Source: Botryllus schlosseri (taxonomy: Eukaryota). From it: a stretch of DNA of 64,000 bases. The DNA lies in the NCBI GenBank assembly GCA_051294905.1, contig CM119371.1, forward strand, positions 26,662,001 to 26,726,000, given 5' to 3'. A program made the position numbers and the translations under genes. Shown piece after piece: positions 50,223 to 64,000 of this stretch. The notes beneath the pieces are model-generated. The model saw only the letters and a program-made list of their open reading frames with translations. It did no database searches and was not told the DNA's origin. How positions within the stretch are numbered: position 1 is the stretch's first letter; each line of letters begins with the position of its first letter.

Positions 50223-52374
50223 GGGGTGTTAAAAAAAAAACTTTTTTTTTTCAAATTACATCGGCTGGGTTGTCAAATCATCAGGTTACCTAAAAATCCT
50301 TACACATCAAATTTGACTCAGTTCCAACCGGTAGAAGCCGAGGTCACTCAAATTGAAATTTCGGTCATTTTTGAAATAATAGTATCTACGGTGACCAATT
50401 TTGTCACACCGACATGACCAAAAACCGTGTTTCAGGTATGCCTGAAGTGGCAGGGATGTATTTTCCACTTGTTTTGATCTTGATAAGGACCTATGATGGG
50501 GTTTGGACAGGGTTGTAATGACTCGACTCAAGTCTGACTCGACTCGAGTCAAGTCATTATGTCAAAATACGGAAATGACTCAACCCGACTCGAGTCAATC
50601 TGTCATATGACTCGAGACGCAGACGGCCAAGACCGACATTTCATTGTATTTTCGAAAAATAGTAAAGTATCCACCCTAGTGGGATTTCGTCTATTGGTAC
50701 TTGTACTTGAAAATGTGACCAGAAACCACTAAAAGTGAGGAAAATTAGTATATTATAGATGCGAATCATTCGATATCATCAAACAGAGGTATAAAATGGG
50801 GGTTTAAGAAGATTTTAACTGAAAACTGAGCAGTCAACACAATCACTTCGACTCGACTCGAGTCATAATACTATGACTCGGACTCGACCTTCTTTTCGCT
50901 CACTTGGACTCGGACTTGACTCGGTGGTGAATTGAAAATGACTCGACTTGTGACTCGGTGCCTTGTGACTTGGTTACAACCCCGGGTTTGGATAAAGACA
51001 TCGCCAGTAAACGAAAAATGATATGACACGGATTACCTGAAAATTGGTTCACTTCATTGACATCGAAACGATGTCGAAACGATGGTGAGATAATTTTCAA
51101 ATAGAGTACTTTACACACTGAAATTACTGACCACGTAAAGGAAATGAACTGACAAGAAGGTAAAATACAGGTAAATATATTTCTCAAGTGATAGTAAAGA
51201 AGTATTTTTGTCGGACCAATTTACATTTCACGACATCCATCCCAATTATGCAAGACATACCGATGCCTCTCTGCCTTGATTCAAAGTTTTTACTCATTGC
51301 AAACTCTCCATTCCCAAAATATCCACCACAGAGACGTCAGTTGCATTCCTCAGCAGCTCCGTGTTCGAATATTTCACTGCTACTTGACATTGACTTATCT
51401 AAGGCGTTGAAAATGTTGTAGATTGCAATTCAAAATGGGCTATGCTACTGAATCGTATTTGTGAGTTGAAAAACATTTCTGACACTTCACATAAGCGTTG
51501 ATGCTAAAGCTTTTTATGTGCTTGAAACTTTGCGAAATTCAAGGAAACCAAATGGTAACCCAATGAGCTTATAAAGCATGTTAGTCATTTTCTGCTCTTT
51601 CAATATCACCTGCGCCCCCTTGTCATAGAGAAATAAAAAGCATTGGTGTTTTACCGCGACATAAGGATACAATTAGATGGTAGTTACCGAATATGGAGGA
51701 TGAGATGAAGAGAGGACGACAACTTCTGATAGGAAAAAGATCGGTCACGATGCCCATTAGTCTTATAATTCACCTGAGATATATCACTATAGACGTGCTG
51801 CAGAGCAAATAATAAAATATCATATAATATCAAATTGTATCGTGAAGAAATCTACATTGGACCGACAAAGAATATGGATATTGACTATCACTTGAGAAAT
51901 ATATTTACCCACATTTGGCGTGCTTATTGTCAGTTCATGTCCTTTTCGTGGTCGTTAATTTCAGTGTGTAAAGTACCCTATTTGAAAATTATCCCACCAT
52001 CGTTCTAAGGTGTCGATTTCAATGAAGTGGATCAATTTCCAGGTAATCCGTGCCATATCTTTTGTTTTCGTTTACTGGCGATGTCTTCATCCAAACCCCA
52101 CCATAGGCCTTTCTCAAGATCAAAACAAGTAGAAAATACAGCCCTGACACTACAGGCATACCTGGAACACGATTTATGGTCATTTCGGAGTGACGAAATT
52201 GGTCACCTTGAATACTAACATTTCAAAAATGACTGAAATTTCAATTTGAGTGACTACGGCTTCTACTGGTTGGAGTTGAGTCAAATTTGGTGTGCAACGC
52301 TTTTTTTAGGTTACCTCGCGATTTGACAACAAAACCGATAAAATTTGAAAAAAAAAGTTTTTTTTTAACAACCC
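50223..52374. mobile_element. Foldback (MULE-like) element with ~520-bp TIRs
   Basis: GGGGTGTTAAAAAAA / TTTTTTAACAACCC. Flanking direct repeat TATTGGAGAC at 50212-50221 and 52375-52384. Arms ~50223-51230 (interrupted) and ~51855-52374. Related termini at ~48445, ~54641-55201 and ~56405. Confidence 0.75.
50508..50984. mobile_element. hAT MITE with GACTC repeats, nested in the foldback left TIR
   Basis: CAGGGTTGTAA / TTACAACCCCG. 8-bp TSD GGTTTGGA at 50500-50507 and 50985-50992. The empty site is present in the opposite TIR (~52090). Confidence 0.88.
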
Positions 52375-55356
52375 TATTGGAGACGCAAGATGAGGAGTCA
52401 TTGACAACACAATTTTGAATTGAAAAATCCGTCTTAATGAATTGCGCATCCTATATTTACTAAAAATATCAAATCAAATACCGTATTTAATATGTCTTTC
52501 TCAATAAAAATAGTAAAACTTGAAATTCCGAAACACCATATCAACCTTACTTGAATTGCAACAGAAAGTCATTCCGTGCAGATCTGAAAAGAAATAGCGC
52601 ATATGCAGACGAAACACCTTGAATTATGCTTGATTCAGGCGCGCACAAGAAATCGTTCTATTCCCGATATCTGGTATATGGTTAGACCATGATTACTTGA
52701 CCACCTACTTGCGGATAAAGTATGGATCAAAGTAGAAGAAGAAAAAAATAAAGAATCGGCTAACTATGATTCAATGTTCAAGTTTGAAGCCAACTTTAAA
52801 CTGTATATTTATGAGAATAAAAATATCAGTAACTGACCCTGTTCAATCTGCAATCTGACAACTGCCGCAAGTCATCCTGCCTGACCAACAGTTGTCGCTG
52901 TTCGTCAAATTTGATAAATTTTGCCTCGAAAAGTATCCCGAGAAATCCAATGTCGGCTAGATGGTTAACCAGGTCGAAAGACAGAGTAGATTTCTGTGAA
53001 AACATTGTCAGTTACTACATCACAACCGACGGACAAATCATTCTCAGAGATACGATCAATCATGAGAGAACATTTTTACTACATAATATAACCACTGCGA
53101 GCAAGATAATGTGGCCTCGTTAACAGAATGTAGCTTGCCAAACGAGTGATCTGAAAATGTGCACATGAACTACCCAACCAATACATGAACTATATATACT
53201 GAGAATTTCATGGAAATATATCAACTCCCTCCATATCTATTCTGCCCGAAGTGTCACGAAAATCTTTAAGCTGACGACTCACAAAATATGACAAAATACA
53301 AGTAGAAGTAGACCGGCGGAAAACTTGATCTACTTGAGTGAGTACGGCAAGTAGAGGTAAATACTCGAGTACTTGGGAAAAAGTAGAAGAAGTTCCTCCT
53401 CTGGATTTGAAATGATAGAATACTCCCAACCAACCTTTCCTTGTGTCGCACGGTTATTTAAATTTAGTAAAGTCGACTAAAGTTTGATAAAAGGTGATTG
53501 GAATTGAGTGAAAGAAATATTCGATTCTTAATCGCCCTCTCTCCGGTATGACCTGATGATGATACCGTCAAGTTCTGCTTACGCCATAATAACGCTCATA
53601 ATTATGTCATAAGCTACAGCCTGGCTACACTGCACCGTGAATCCATTGCTGTATGTTATTATTGTGTTGCTCTACAGCTTTGTAGTGAAATCGGTGAAAT
53701 AAACAAAGATCCGATCATCAGCATGAACCCGTCAAATATAAAATAATAAATTTTATTTTGCCCGCGGCTCTGGAACCCCCCAAAATCAGCGCGAATTTCG
53801 CATTGTGATGGAGTTTGGCATTGTGACACACCAATGCTGCCTGGCTCTTGCTCCTGAGCTGCAGTATCGTTTTGTCAGATAGCATTGTTGCGTCACAATG
53901 TCAAACTACAACGCAATGTAAAATACGAGGCTGATTTTAGGGGCGTTCCAGTGCCATGGGTGAAATAAAATGTATATTTTCGTAATCGGTACAGCAGTAA
54001 ATTTCCATTGGTACACGTTTTATCTAATTTCCCACTCTGCAAGTCGGTCAAAATTGACCTTAGATAGCCTTTGGTCAAATGGAAAGTATGACCCAACCTA
54101 AATGCAGTGAGTCGTTCAATCTCACTGTGTTCACACCATATATAGGTCGCTATGGTAAAATAAACAAAGATCTGATCATTAGTAATGATTTCATCAGATC
54201 AACCTTGATGTTAAAGTCACCGCTAACATAGCCAGTTATCTGGATGATATCTTCTCCGTTCGTCAATTCAACATCTCCATCAGCTAGAGTCCGCATGACA
54301 ACCTGAAAATTGTTCAGAAACTCGAGTATTCCATCATCCGAAAAATATTGTGACGTCATATCAGACATACAGTGATGACAATAGCATCGAAAACATCACC
54401 GACACCGCGATACACTGACTTAGCGAAAGAAATCGTGGAAAATTCTGCGTAATAAGCCAAAATTCACACTGGTTGATATAGTTGACTTGAAACTGTACTG
54501 TAAGTACCGCAAAGGGTATTCCAGCATTTACACTAATTCACGAGACATTTTTGAGGGATTTTCGTCTTTATAATCGGCGCGCGAAATTGAACAATTTGTC
54601 ATTGTGAGCATGTTAATTAATTAATTATATATACTATATAAGGGTAGTTCAAAAGTAACTATTTTTCGGATCCCCGGGATTCACTGATTATATTGTTAGG
54701 TTGCCTAAAAAACGCTGCCCGCTAAATTTCGCTCAATTCCTACCAGTAGAGGCCAACACACAGCGAGTTGAAATTTATTATTTTTAATAACAATTACTGT
54801 AATCCTCATGAAATTGTTGAGTTGTCTACGAAAACGATGCGAAACAAATTTGACGTAACTCCAACCCATAGAAGCCAAGTTATTTGAGTTTTTCATTAAT
54901 AATTTTCGGTTTTCCCACCGACAATGCTATTTTTGCAAATTTAAAACTTTCAACTGCAATAACTTCGCATCTGCCGGTTGGAATGGAGCAAAAATTGTCA
55001 TGATTCGTTCTTTTAGGCAACTTAACAATTTTATAGAGTTGACAGTAAAAGTTGAAAAATTTATTTTCAATTTTTTTATGATAAATTCAAAGTTTCAATT
55101 GGCTCTGCGTCGGATTATACTGGTTGTAATCAAGCCAAATTTGATGTGTAGCGAATATTTAACCAGCCTGACAATTTGATGAGTTATTTTTGAACAATCC
55201 TAATGTCTATATGTGTATTGTATAATATTGTATTCATGTATTATGAGGAGACCTGATATGGCATGATAGTGACTTCTACTATACTGTCACACTGTTATTA
55301 TCGGCAAACAATTTGCAGAGGCGATGTCAGAACTCACTGTGTTGACCTATTACTAT

Positions 55357-55861
55357 TAGGGCCGGGCACAATGATTCGAGTACTCGAATCTGAATCGAGT
55401 ATAAATGTTAATGATTCGAGTCGAGTAGTAAAAGACGATATTTTCGAGTACTGAAATTATACGCTCCTCTCAACTGAAAGCTAATTTACTAGCGCGAATT
55501 ATAGTCTGGATAAAATCTTCCACTGAGAAAGTCTTGAAACCTTGATTGGCTGTGTCGCAGCATACGTGACATAGTGCAAATTTACTAACGTTACTGAAAT
55601 AACTCATTTCCGAAGTCATGATCATCCCAAGAAGTGCAATGAAATCGGTATGGTCGAAGAAATACCAAATAATCTTCAATGTGACGGATAACAGGCAGTA
55701 TATGTTCTTTGTGGTGGCATAAAAAATCCATTTTGGAACTTTGACATAGTGCATTCTGTTGTGACGTCATAGTGAGTGATACTCGAATACTCGACTCGAC
55801 TCGAAGCGTAACACGTGATTCAGAATCGAATCACTCAGGTACTCGATTTTGCCCAGCCCTA
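55357..55861. mobile_element. hAT MITE
   Basis: TAGGGCCGGGCA / TGCCCAGCCCTA; perfect 8-bp TSD ATTACTAT. Confidence 0.9.
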
Positions 55862-58800
55862 ATTACTATTAGATGAGCGCTTCCTTGAGGACTTGAAATC
55901 ATCTTCTGCGTGCTAATTCATGTCTACATGCGAACTCTAGAATTGCCGCGCTCCCAGTAATTTTGCTTGTTACCGAAGGAAGTCTGTGACGAAGTACTTC
56001 TACTTTTTTAAGTACACAAGTCGTTTTCAACTACTTCTAGTACTTATTCAAGTAAAACTAACTGATTCTTTAATTATTGATTATAGTTCTGCTCACCGAA
56101 AATACTATATTATTCAAATCAAAATTTTCGACGGCAATAACTTTGCTTCCACTGGTTGGAATTGAACCAAATTTCTTAACATCATTCCTATAGACAACGT
56201 AACACATTGACGGGGTGAACAGAAAATTTTCAATCTTTTTATCATTTATTTTTATATAATAAACCGAAACACTCTTCTCCTGTAGCAATGCGGCTATTGG
56301 CTGGAATTGAACCAAATTTGGTGTGTAGGCTTAAATTAGGTAACCTAACAACTTTATCAAGTTGTCAGTATGATTTGAGAAAAAAAAGTCATTTTTGAAT
56401 ACCCCTACTGTACAATCCATTTTCACGTTGATCGTGCAGAACGCGTGAGCATGAGCATAGCCATACCTCAATGGTTGTACTGGCAGCCACCCGCAGTTCA
56501 ATTATATTTCCAACAAACCAAGAATATAACCTCGGCGGCAAAGAGGTTTGTTAACTGATATAATTTGATCAACATTATTTCTCAACTCTCATATTCGTCG
56601 TCAGTAACACAGCGTCGTGCTACAACCCTACATTTTACCGGAAGTGCCCGCATGATACCTAACAATCGCAATGCGGATTGCCATGCTTGTAATTCGAAAT
56701 TTTAAACACTAACGTCAATTCCAGAGGAGTTCATTTCTCGCTGATGATTGGGTGGACCATGAGGATTAGAAAACTGCATTGTCATACAGGCGCCGTTAAG
56801 CCTGCTCTTCTCTGCCGTCAATCAACGTATTTTGCAAAACTGAATTCAGTCTTCAAGGCACGCGATCTGTCCGGTTATGTGAATTCGGGGGGCGTATTGA
56901 TTGCGGGCATAACATCAATTTTGATTTTTCAAATGTAGAAACTTCACATCAAGCTCGAATTAGATTACTATTGATCGTTTGCTATAGACTAGAATTATTT
57001 TGCGCATAATTTCAAAATCCGAAGAAATCGCTCGCGGCACACCTGCGAGACATAAATGGTATACTAGTGTGCCGGGGCACACCGGTTGAGAACCACTGGT
57101 CTATGACATCACGGATCATGATGGATAGTAACGTCACAAGTCGCCGCATATCCACATGAAATTACGCCTACATTTGTTCGTAAGAAACTAAATCTTCGAG
57201 TCGAACCCACTTTCCATTCCAGATTTCCAGATAGCGACTCAATCCGACGATGTCCAAGTAATGAACGTAGTGCTGTTGCCGAGAAATTATTGACTGTCAA
57301 ATTCACTTTTTCCACCTGAAACGACGCAAACATACTTTGAAGTTTTCACCAAAACTGAGTTTGAAATTCAGTCTGAAATCAAATCATCAGCGTCGAAATA
57401 CAAAGTAACTGAGCCATAATCTATTCGCTTTACTATTGAGGATCTTTGATGTAGCCTACTTGCAAAGGGATATCTCAAAGGTGGTGATATCAGTGAATAA
57501 AATCTCCATTGCGAGTGTTTGTGACTAATGTAGTGATATCATTCCATTCATTACCATTATATTTGAAATAATTTGAAAATTCACATTCGCTATGTATCTG
57601 AATTCCAAGGATAGGATCCGATTCCATATTTACATAATTGTGCGTGTAAGCCGCAATCCGCAATCCCGTACACATTGAACGATCCAAAAAAATTGGTCAT
57701 ACTGGAGATAACTAGAGAAATTTTGAAAAACATCCATGCGAAATGATGCGTCAGGAGTAGCCTACAGTCATTATGATACAAATATGTGTTCCGAAAATAT
57801 CCAAATGATTCTGCGAAGATCGAAAGTCAATACTTACATTAAAATGATTTTATAAAGATGCCAGTAAGATTATATACAATATGTCTACGACCGAAGATGG
57901 AAAACTAGAGATTCCTGCATGAAATCAAACCAAATACACTCAATTTCATAAAATTCCAGGTCGTAGCACACAAGAACTGAGTAGGCGATAATCGACACTG
58001 TCGTTGATGGATTGCAAGACTATTAATAATACCAGGGGTCAGCAGCGTTCAGCCTGCCAACTGTTTCGCTCACGTTCGGATTCAGTTGCACATGTAAGAA
58101 GTTTGCGAGACACCCAACCTGCTATGTCAGTGATTCTAAAACATTTTAGACTCGCCCCCCTTGACGGCTGTGGAATATTTAGCAGCACTTTATCGCCATA
58201 TCAAAAATTTTGTAAAAAGTGCCACAAGAATACTTGCAATCCAAACGCATAGTCTGGTGGTAGGCCTATATAAGGTTATGACTGTTGAGTTACCTTTAAA
58301 ATATCGAGTTTGGACTATAGACCAGGGGTTGTCAACCTTTTCAGCCAAAGGGCCACAGGAGATTTAAGAACCATCACGCATGCCACTTAAATATTGATGA
58401 CATGTTAGTAGTCGTCCAATAAGAGCGAACCGTATTAGGTAATGGTGAAAACAAGATTTATATTACAACGCATCAAAATCGATAGCAATTATGTCATTAA
58501 AACCCAGCAATAGCCGGGCGAAGCGAGTAATTTTTTCTAGGTTGTGAATAAATTCCGTCAATAATAATGGTACTTGCATTTATTGCTTGTCGCCTCTGTA
58601 TACCGCTGGGCTCATTTGGCAAGGAATGGATTATTCGGGACGTGGACATATCAATATCAAAGATTTTGGCGAACATGCGTCTATCATTTAATGCCAAGTT
58701 TTCATCGCCGACAATCTTTCTGCGAGTGTAGACATGTAGACGGATGTTGGACGACATGTTGTCTCATAATTGTGAATATAGCTAGACTCAACTCTGTAAA

Positions 58801-59204
58801 TTGGGCGTATTAGGAATTTTCAGGAGGGGGTGAGTAGTGTTATTATCGACCTTATAGACCGCCCCTCAGGCTATTTAGAATGTAAACACTCTCATAATAT
58901 AATTTGCGTCGGACTATGCCCGGTTTATGATGTCATCACAGAGGAATTAGGCGACTGCAATGTTTTGTGAATTTCAATACCGATTTTCCATGTGTATTTA
59001 GCAATATGTATTGAATACCTATGCGATTTTGAGCGCTGCGACTTGATAATATCAATCCCTACGCTTCTGATGTATGATTTTTTGTGATAAGGGCCTTGAT
59101 AACATTCAGAGTCTGCAACGATTGTTTGGATATACATTATAGCAATTCCCCACTAAACTATAGGCGGTTATATTACTCTATTGGTCAGAGATAACTCATC
59201 CGTT

Positions 59205-60594
59205 GTCACCATCGAATCCCTCTGGCTATAACTACCCGATAGTATAATTGAGCCAAATACTCGAGTACTAATTTTAAAGTAGCTTAGGTATCTAAATGAA
59301 CCAACGGTCAGTAAACCATTTCGAAGTGCAAGTACAGGAATATCATAGTTCTTGAACCGTGCTCAAATTTTGTAAAGTAGATAGAAAACTACACTATTCC
59401 GATGCAGTAAAGACTCTTACACGCTGGATTTTGTGCAGTATATACTAATTTTACATTGCGGAGTATTCCATAAACGTTAATCCAGTGATCCTCCTTCTAT
59501 TTTCAATCACGATCCGCTTATTATTCTAGGCTTCGAACCCCACACCCAGTACGTTTTATGGGGATTAATATTTTTAGATTAAATATAGCGTATCGAGGCT
59601 TCGTGAAACTTACTCGGAAATAGTTATTTCTACCCTAATTTAATAGATTTCTCAGATATCGTAGCAACGGAACTGGCTTCAGCGAGCGGTTAAGGCGTTG
59701 GACTGAAGTTTCAATGAACAAGTGTTCACATAGGTTCGAATCCCACACCCACTACGTTTACGAGAATTAATATTTTTAGATTCAAATTTAGCGTATTGAG
59801 TACTTTTTCTGCCTTTTTCAGCGCATTAGAGACGTTTACACTATTGATTTCGTGAGCTTTACTTAAGTTTTATAAATTAACGTAAAAGTAGCCATTTCCG
59901 AGTAAGTAAAACGTTCGTATTGTAGGTTCATTTCTGCTTAATACTATAATTATCATGGAGTTGAAGCAGTCCAATATCAAAAACACCCGAAAGTATTTGT
60001 TGCATATAGCTAAAAACCTAATTGAGTACTCTGAAGAAGTACAAGTAGCACAGTTTGTGGTATTTCTATGACATCGAAATTTAGCTAACCAGAACTTATA
60101 CTTGAGTACTCCGAAATGTACAAGTACTTTACCTTTACACGACGTTTCTGTAAAATGAATACTGATTTTATTAAAAAATAAAAAAGCACGAAAAATTACA
60201 TTTTATCCCAAACCATCAGAATACTAAAGTAGCTTATCGCGTATATGGACCTAATACTAAAGTGTTTATGATTTCAGTTCGCTTCAACTTCATGACATTT
60301 TCAGTATTAAACAGAAGTATAGGCCTAGAATGCTAACTTTCTTCGTAAATTGCTACTTCTGCCTTAATTTAACGGATTTATCTGAGATCATTGCTTTACT
60401 TAATCTCTCCAAAATGTGCATTATACTAGTACGTCACCATCGAATCCCTCTGGCTATAACTACCCGATAGTATAATTGAGCCAAATACTCGAGTACTAAT
60501 TTTAAAGTAGCTTAGGTATCTAAATGAACCGACGATCAGTAAACCATTTCGAAGTGCAAGTACAGGAATATCATAGTTCTTGAACCGTGCTCAA
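59205..60594 (+). repeat. ~162-bp direct repeat pair (59205-59366 / 60433-60594)
   Basis: GTCACCATCGAATCCCTCTGG...GAACCGTGCTCAA occurs twice, bracketing the block shared with the first element. Confidence 0.92.
59674..59753 (+). pseudogene. Contiguous tRNA-Leu-like sequence (anticodon position GAA) lacking a pairing 5' acceptor strand
   Basis: TGGCTTCAGCGAGCGGTTAAGGCGTTGGACTGAAGTTTCAATGAACAAGTGTTCACATAGGTTCGAATCCCACACCCACT. Confidence 0.72.
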
Positions 60595-63500
60595 TGCTCA
60601 ATAGACCATTTTTGCTATTTTTCATCGCCATAAGTCATTCTGGACCGTGTAAACGCATTGTACGTTATAGATGAAACTTATGCAAATCGCCGGAACGCAA
60701 CAAGAAAAATCGTATGAATTTGTAAACTACTTATTCATGACATAATAATAATAATTCTACTTGTACACATTTTCACATTTTATAACACTTTAAGTAGTAC
60801 TTGAAAGTTTTGTCAAGTTAACAGGTTAAAAACTTATACTTGAGCACTACGAAATGTACAAGTACTTTACCTTTACACGACGTTTTGTAAAATGAATACT
60901 AATTAAAAAATAAAAAATAAAAAAGACCGAAAAATTACATGTTATCCCGGAACGCAACAAGAAAAATCGTAGGAATTTGTAAACTACTTATTCGGTAAAC
61001 TACTCTTTACTTCACAAAACAAAGTTACAAAAGTAAGCAGATTTATATGAAAACCCGTTAAATAGAAGTAAAAGTAATAACAATGCATCATACCAAATTT
61101 GATCGCAATTTCATGATGCAATACCTTTAAAACTAACGCAGTTCTCTATACACTTTTGCGTAAATCTGTGTTTCGCTAGCGTAGCACGTACCTATACATA
61201 GTAAGCTTCAATAACGGAATTACCATGCTAATAATCAAATCCCCACCCTGAAACTCGGTACGCGGTTGTAGGATATTATGAAAATACAACATACCAAATT
61301 TCATCAGACATTTCATGATGTAACACCTTTAAAACCAACGCAGTTCTATACCGACTTTTGGCTAAATCTGTTATCCATAGCGCAGCACGTACCTATACAT
61401 AGTCAACTTTAAAACGGAATTACCATGTTAATAATCGGCTCCCCACCTTGAAACTCGGTACGCAGTTGTAAGACATTATGACAATGTAGCATGTCAAATT
61501 TTGTTACGCATTTCATGATTGAACAACTTGAAAGCTAACGCAGTTCTATACCGACATTTGCGTGAAACTGTTTTGCGGGAGCTTAGCGCATACCTATGCG
61601 TAGTCAACTTTAATGACGGAATTACAGATGTAATTAGGTTTCAACACTTTTACAACGATTCTTCTTGCTTCCTATAACATCGCACTCGAAGCCCTCGTTA
61701 TTAGGCTATGATCTCAGCCTGAGCTATGTCTTGAAGCCTACGGGACTTTGCAAATTGTTTCGATTTATTCTATACCCGTTTTAATTTAAGGAAGCCCATT
61801 TCACTCAATGTATCGATGCCTACAGTATAGAGTATACTCTACAAAATTTTCTGATTAATTCTCCCTATGTTAATTTACCATAAGACAGACAATTTGACTC
61901 CTAAAGTCCGAAATACTTGTTCGCTTGAGCTAAGCCGCAGCGCCTGGAGTGGAATTTTATAGTTCTTGTAAAAAGTTGTCTATACACAATATATGTTTAA
62001 GGTAAGTCCTACGAATTCATGATTTCGTCCGAGTTTGTATTTTAGTAATATATACTAATACCGCGTTTGTAACTTGTGCAAGTAGGCCTACAGGAATATC
62101 ATAGGTAAAGTCTCTGTCTTGCATTTAGTTGCCGGCTCTGAAAGCAAGCAAAGTTTGTGGTATTTGCGCAACATCGAAATTTGTACACTTCACGCGGGGC
62201 CTACGATACTTACGGCCTAATATGGCACATTACACTTGCTGGATATAAGAGGCCGACACTCCCAACCAGACATCACGACTGACTCAATGATTGCTTGCGA
62301 TCTCACTTCTCGATACCAGACGCCTCGCCATACAAGTCTAATAAAGTATTATAACAGACAAAATTAGTTCTTTCAGATGAAACAACCCAATTAAGAGCCA
62401 AGTGACAGCGTCGCAATGTATTTAATCGTTCGGGTAGACTTGAATCGTGATCCGGATCTCGTAACATAGTAAAATCGAGGTATGTAGTTTAATTACTCAC
62501 TCACTACTCTATATGTTGGTGGTGGTCATACCCTGCAAACTTTTTTGCTGCGAACGTAGTGTTTCACCTTACATCAGTTGGTTCAATGTATGTACCGGGT
62601 TGTGAAAACTGTCGCTGTTTTGACTATGTGTCACAATCAATACTAAATACGAGAATTCGTTACTCGTCGAAACGCCGCAGTCAGACATCGTTAACAGCGA
62701 TTCCGTGTATGGCAATCTTGAGTTCAATTGCGGTTTTGTGATGTTAACCAAGCGGCTGTGTTTCTGCGGTGTGAAGACTGAATTCGTGTTGTTTCCCTGC
62801 AAGAGTGCGATGTCTATTTCACACCTAGAGCAATTATAAAACGCATCTTCGAAACTTTTGGTCTAGTTCATCCGCTTGCATTTCGAAACGGACCATCACG
62901 ACAAGACTCTAACCCACCACATCCGAGGTTTCAGTTGATCATATCGAAGAATATCATGTCCATCCGTGTTACCACCCACATCTTGGTTGAATGGCCGATG
63001 ATAAGCCAAATTTAATAACGGAATTACCATGCTTAACATTGAATCCCAACTCTAAACTTGATACGTAGTTGTAGGACAGTATGGCAATGCACCATGCTAG
63101 ATTTCATCACACATCTAATGATGGAACACCTTTGAAACTATCGCAGTCGAATACCGACTTTTACGCATATCTGTTTTTCGTGAACACAGCATATACCCAT
63201 ACATAGTCAATTTTAATAACAGAATTAGTATGCTAAATATTAAATTCTCACCTTGAACGTTGGTACGCAGTTGTAGGACATAATAAGAATGCACCATACC
63301 AAATTTCGTCAGACATTTCATGATGTAACACCTTTAAAACCAACGCAGTTCTATACAGAATTTTGGCTAAGTCTGTTTTTCCGTAGCGTAGCACGTACCT
63401 ACGCATATAGTCAACTTTAATAACGGAATTATCATGTTAATAATCGACTCCCAACTTTGAAACTCGCTACACCGTTGTAAGACATTATGACAATGCACCA

Positions 63501-64000
63501 TGTCAAATTTTGTTACGCATTTCATGATTGAACAACTTTGAAACTAATCCAGTTCCATGCCGACTTTTACGGGGGCGTAGCACGTACCTATGCATACTCA
63601 ACTTTAATAACGGAATTACCGAGCTTAACATTGAATGCGCAACTTGAAGATTGGTTCACAGGTGTAGGACATTATGACAATGGAACATACCACTGCGCTA
63701 ACTTTCAGAATTGTTAAGTATAGTACTCGCACTTTGTGAGAATACCCATGTAGGTTTTTGCCTACATGCACCAAATACTATCAAGTCCTTATGATATTGG
63801 AGTACATCAACTTCATGATAGCTAGAGTATTGAACAGAAATAGACCTAGAGTACTAACGTTTTACTTACTCGGAAATGTCTACTTCTACCTTATTTTAAA
63901 GGATACCTCGTTCGAAGCGAAATTTATGTGGTTTTGGATAATATCCAATATGTAGGCTCACTTTGAAGGGTACTTCCTAAAACTCAAATATTGCGCAAAA

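Larger units (their letters stand above)
58833..64000 (+). mobile_element. Second member of the Polinton-like family (left arm, truncated by the window edge)
   Basis: Starts AGTAGT. 58858-58924 matches 4846-4913; ~59366-60440 matches ~6832-8108 (lacking ~7194-7392); ~62433-62923 matches the 13995-14620 module in rearranged form; ~63011-64000 matches ~15945-16938. Confidence 0.85.

Noticed and set aside
59674..59753. Functional tRNA gene
   Set aside because: No pairing acceptor stem, mismatches in the T stem, and an anticodon inconsistent with the Leu-type body.

Overview
AT-rich, repeat-dense eukaryotic DNA, probably an invertebrate animal. I found no intact protein-coding gene. The dominant feature is a 20.1-kb element (4821-24932) with Polinton/Maverick hallmarks: AGTAGT...ACTACT termini and a 6-bp target-site duplication GGTCGC. 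It has no recognisable Polinton genes and is one giant palindrome, with two ~7.6-kb arms that differ at only about ten positions I could find by eye. The arms are joined by a GC-clamped 39-nt loop of degenerate TTAGGG-like repeats. A 4.9-kb CMC/EnSpm-type element sits in the left arm only. A second, rearranged family member starts at 58833 and runs off the window about 375 bp before its predicted hairpin centre. Both copies carry tRNA-Leu-like modules and ~205-bp tandem repeats. The rest of the window holds decayed DNA transposons (hAT, Harbinger, piggyBac, MULE-like foldback), MITEs, a Penelope GIY-YIG remnant, two tRNA-derived SINEs, a 1.5-kb minisatellite and weak traces of decayed minus-strand host exons.
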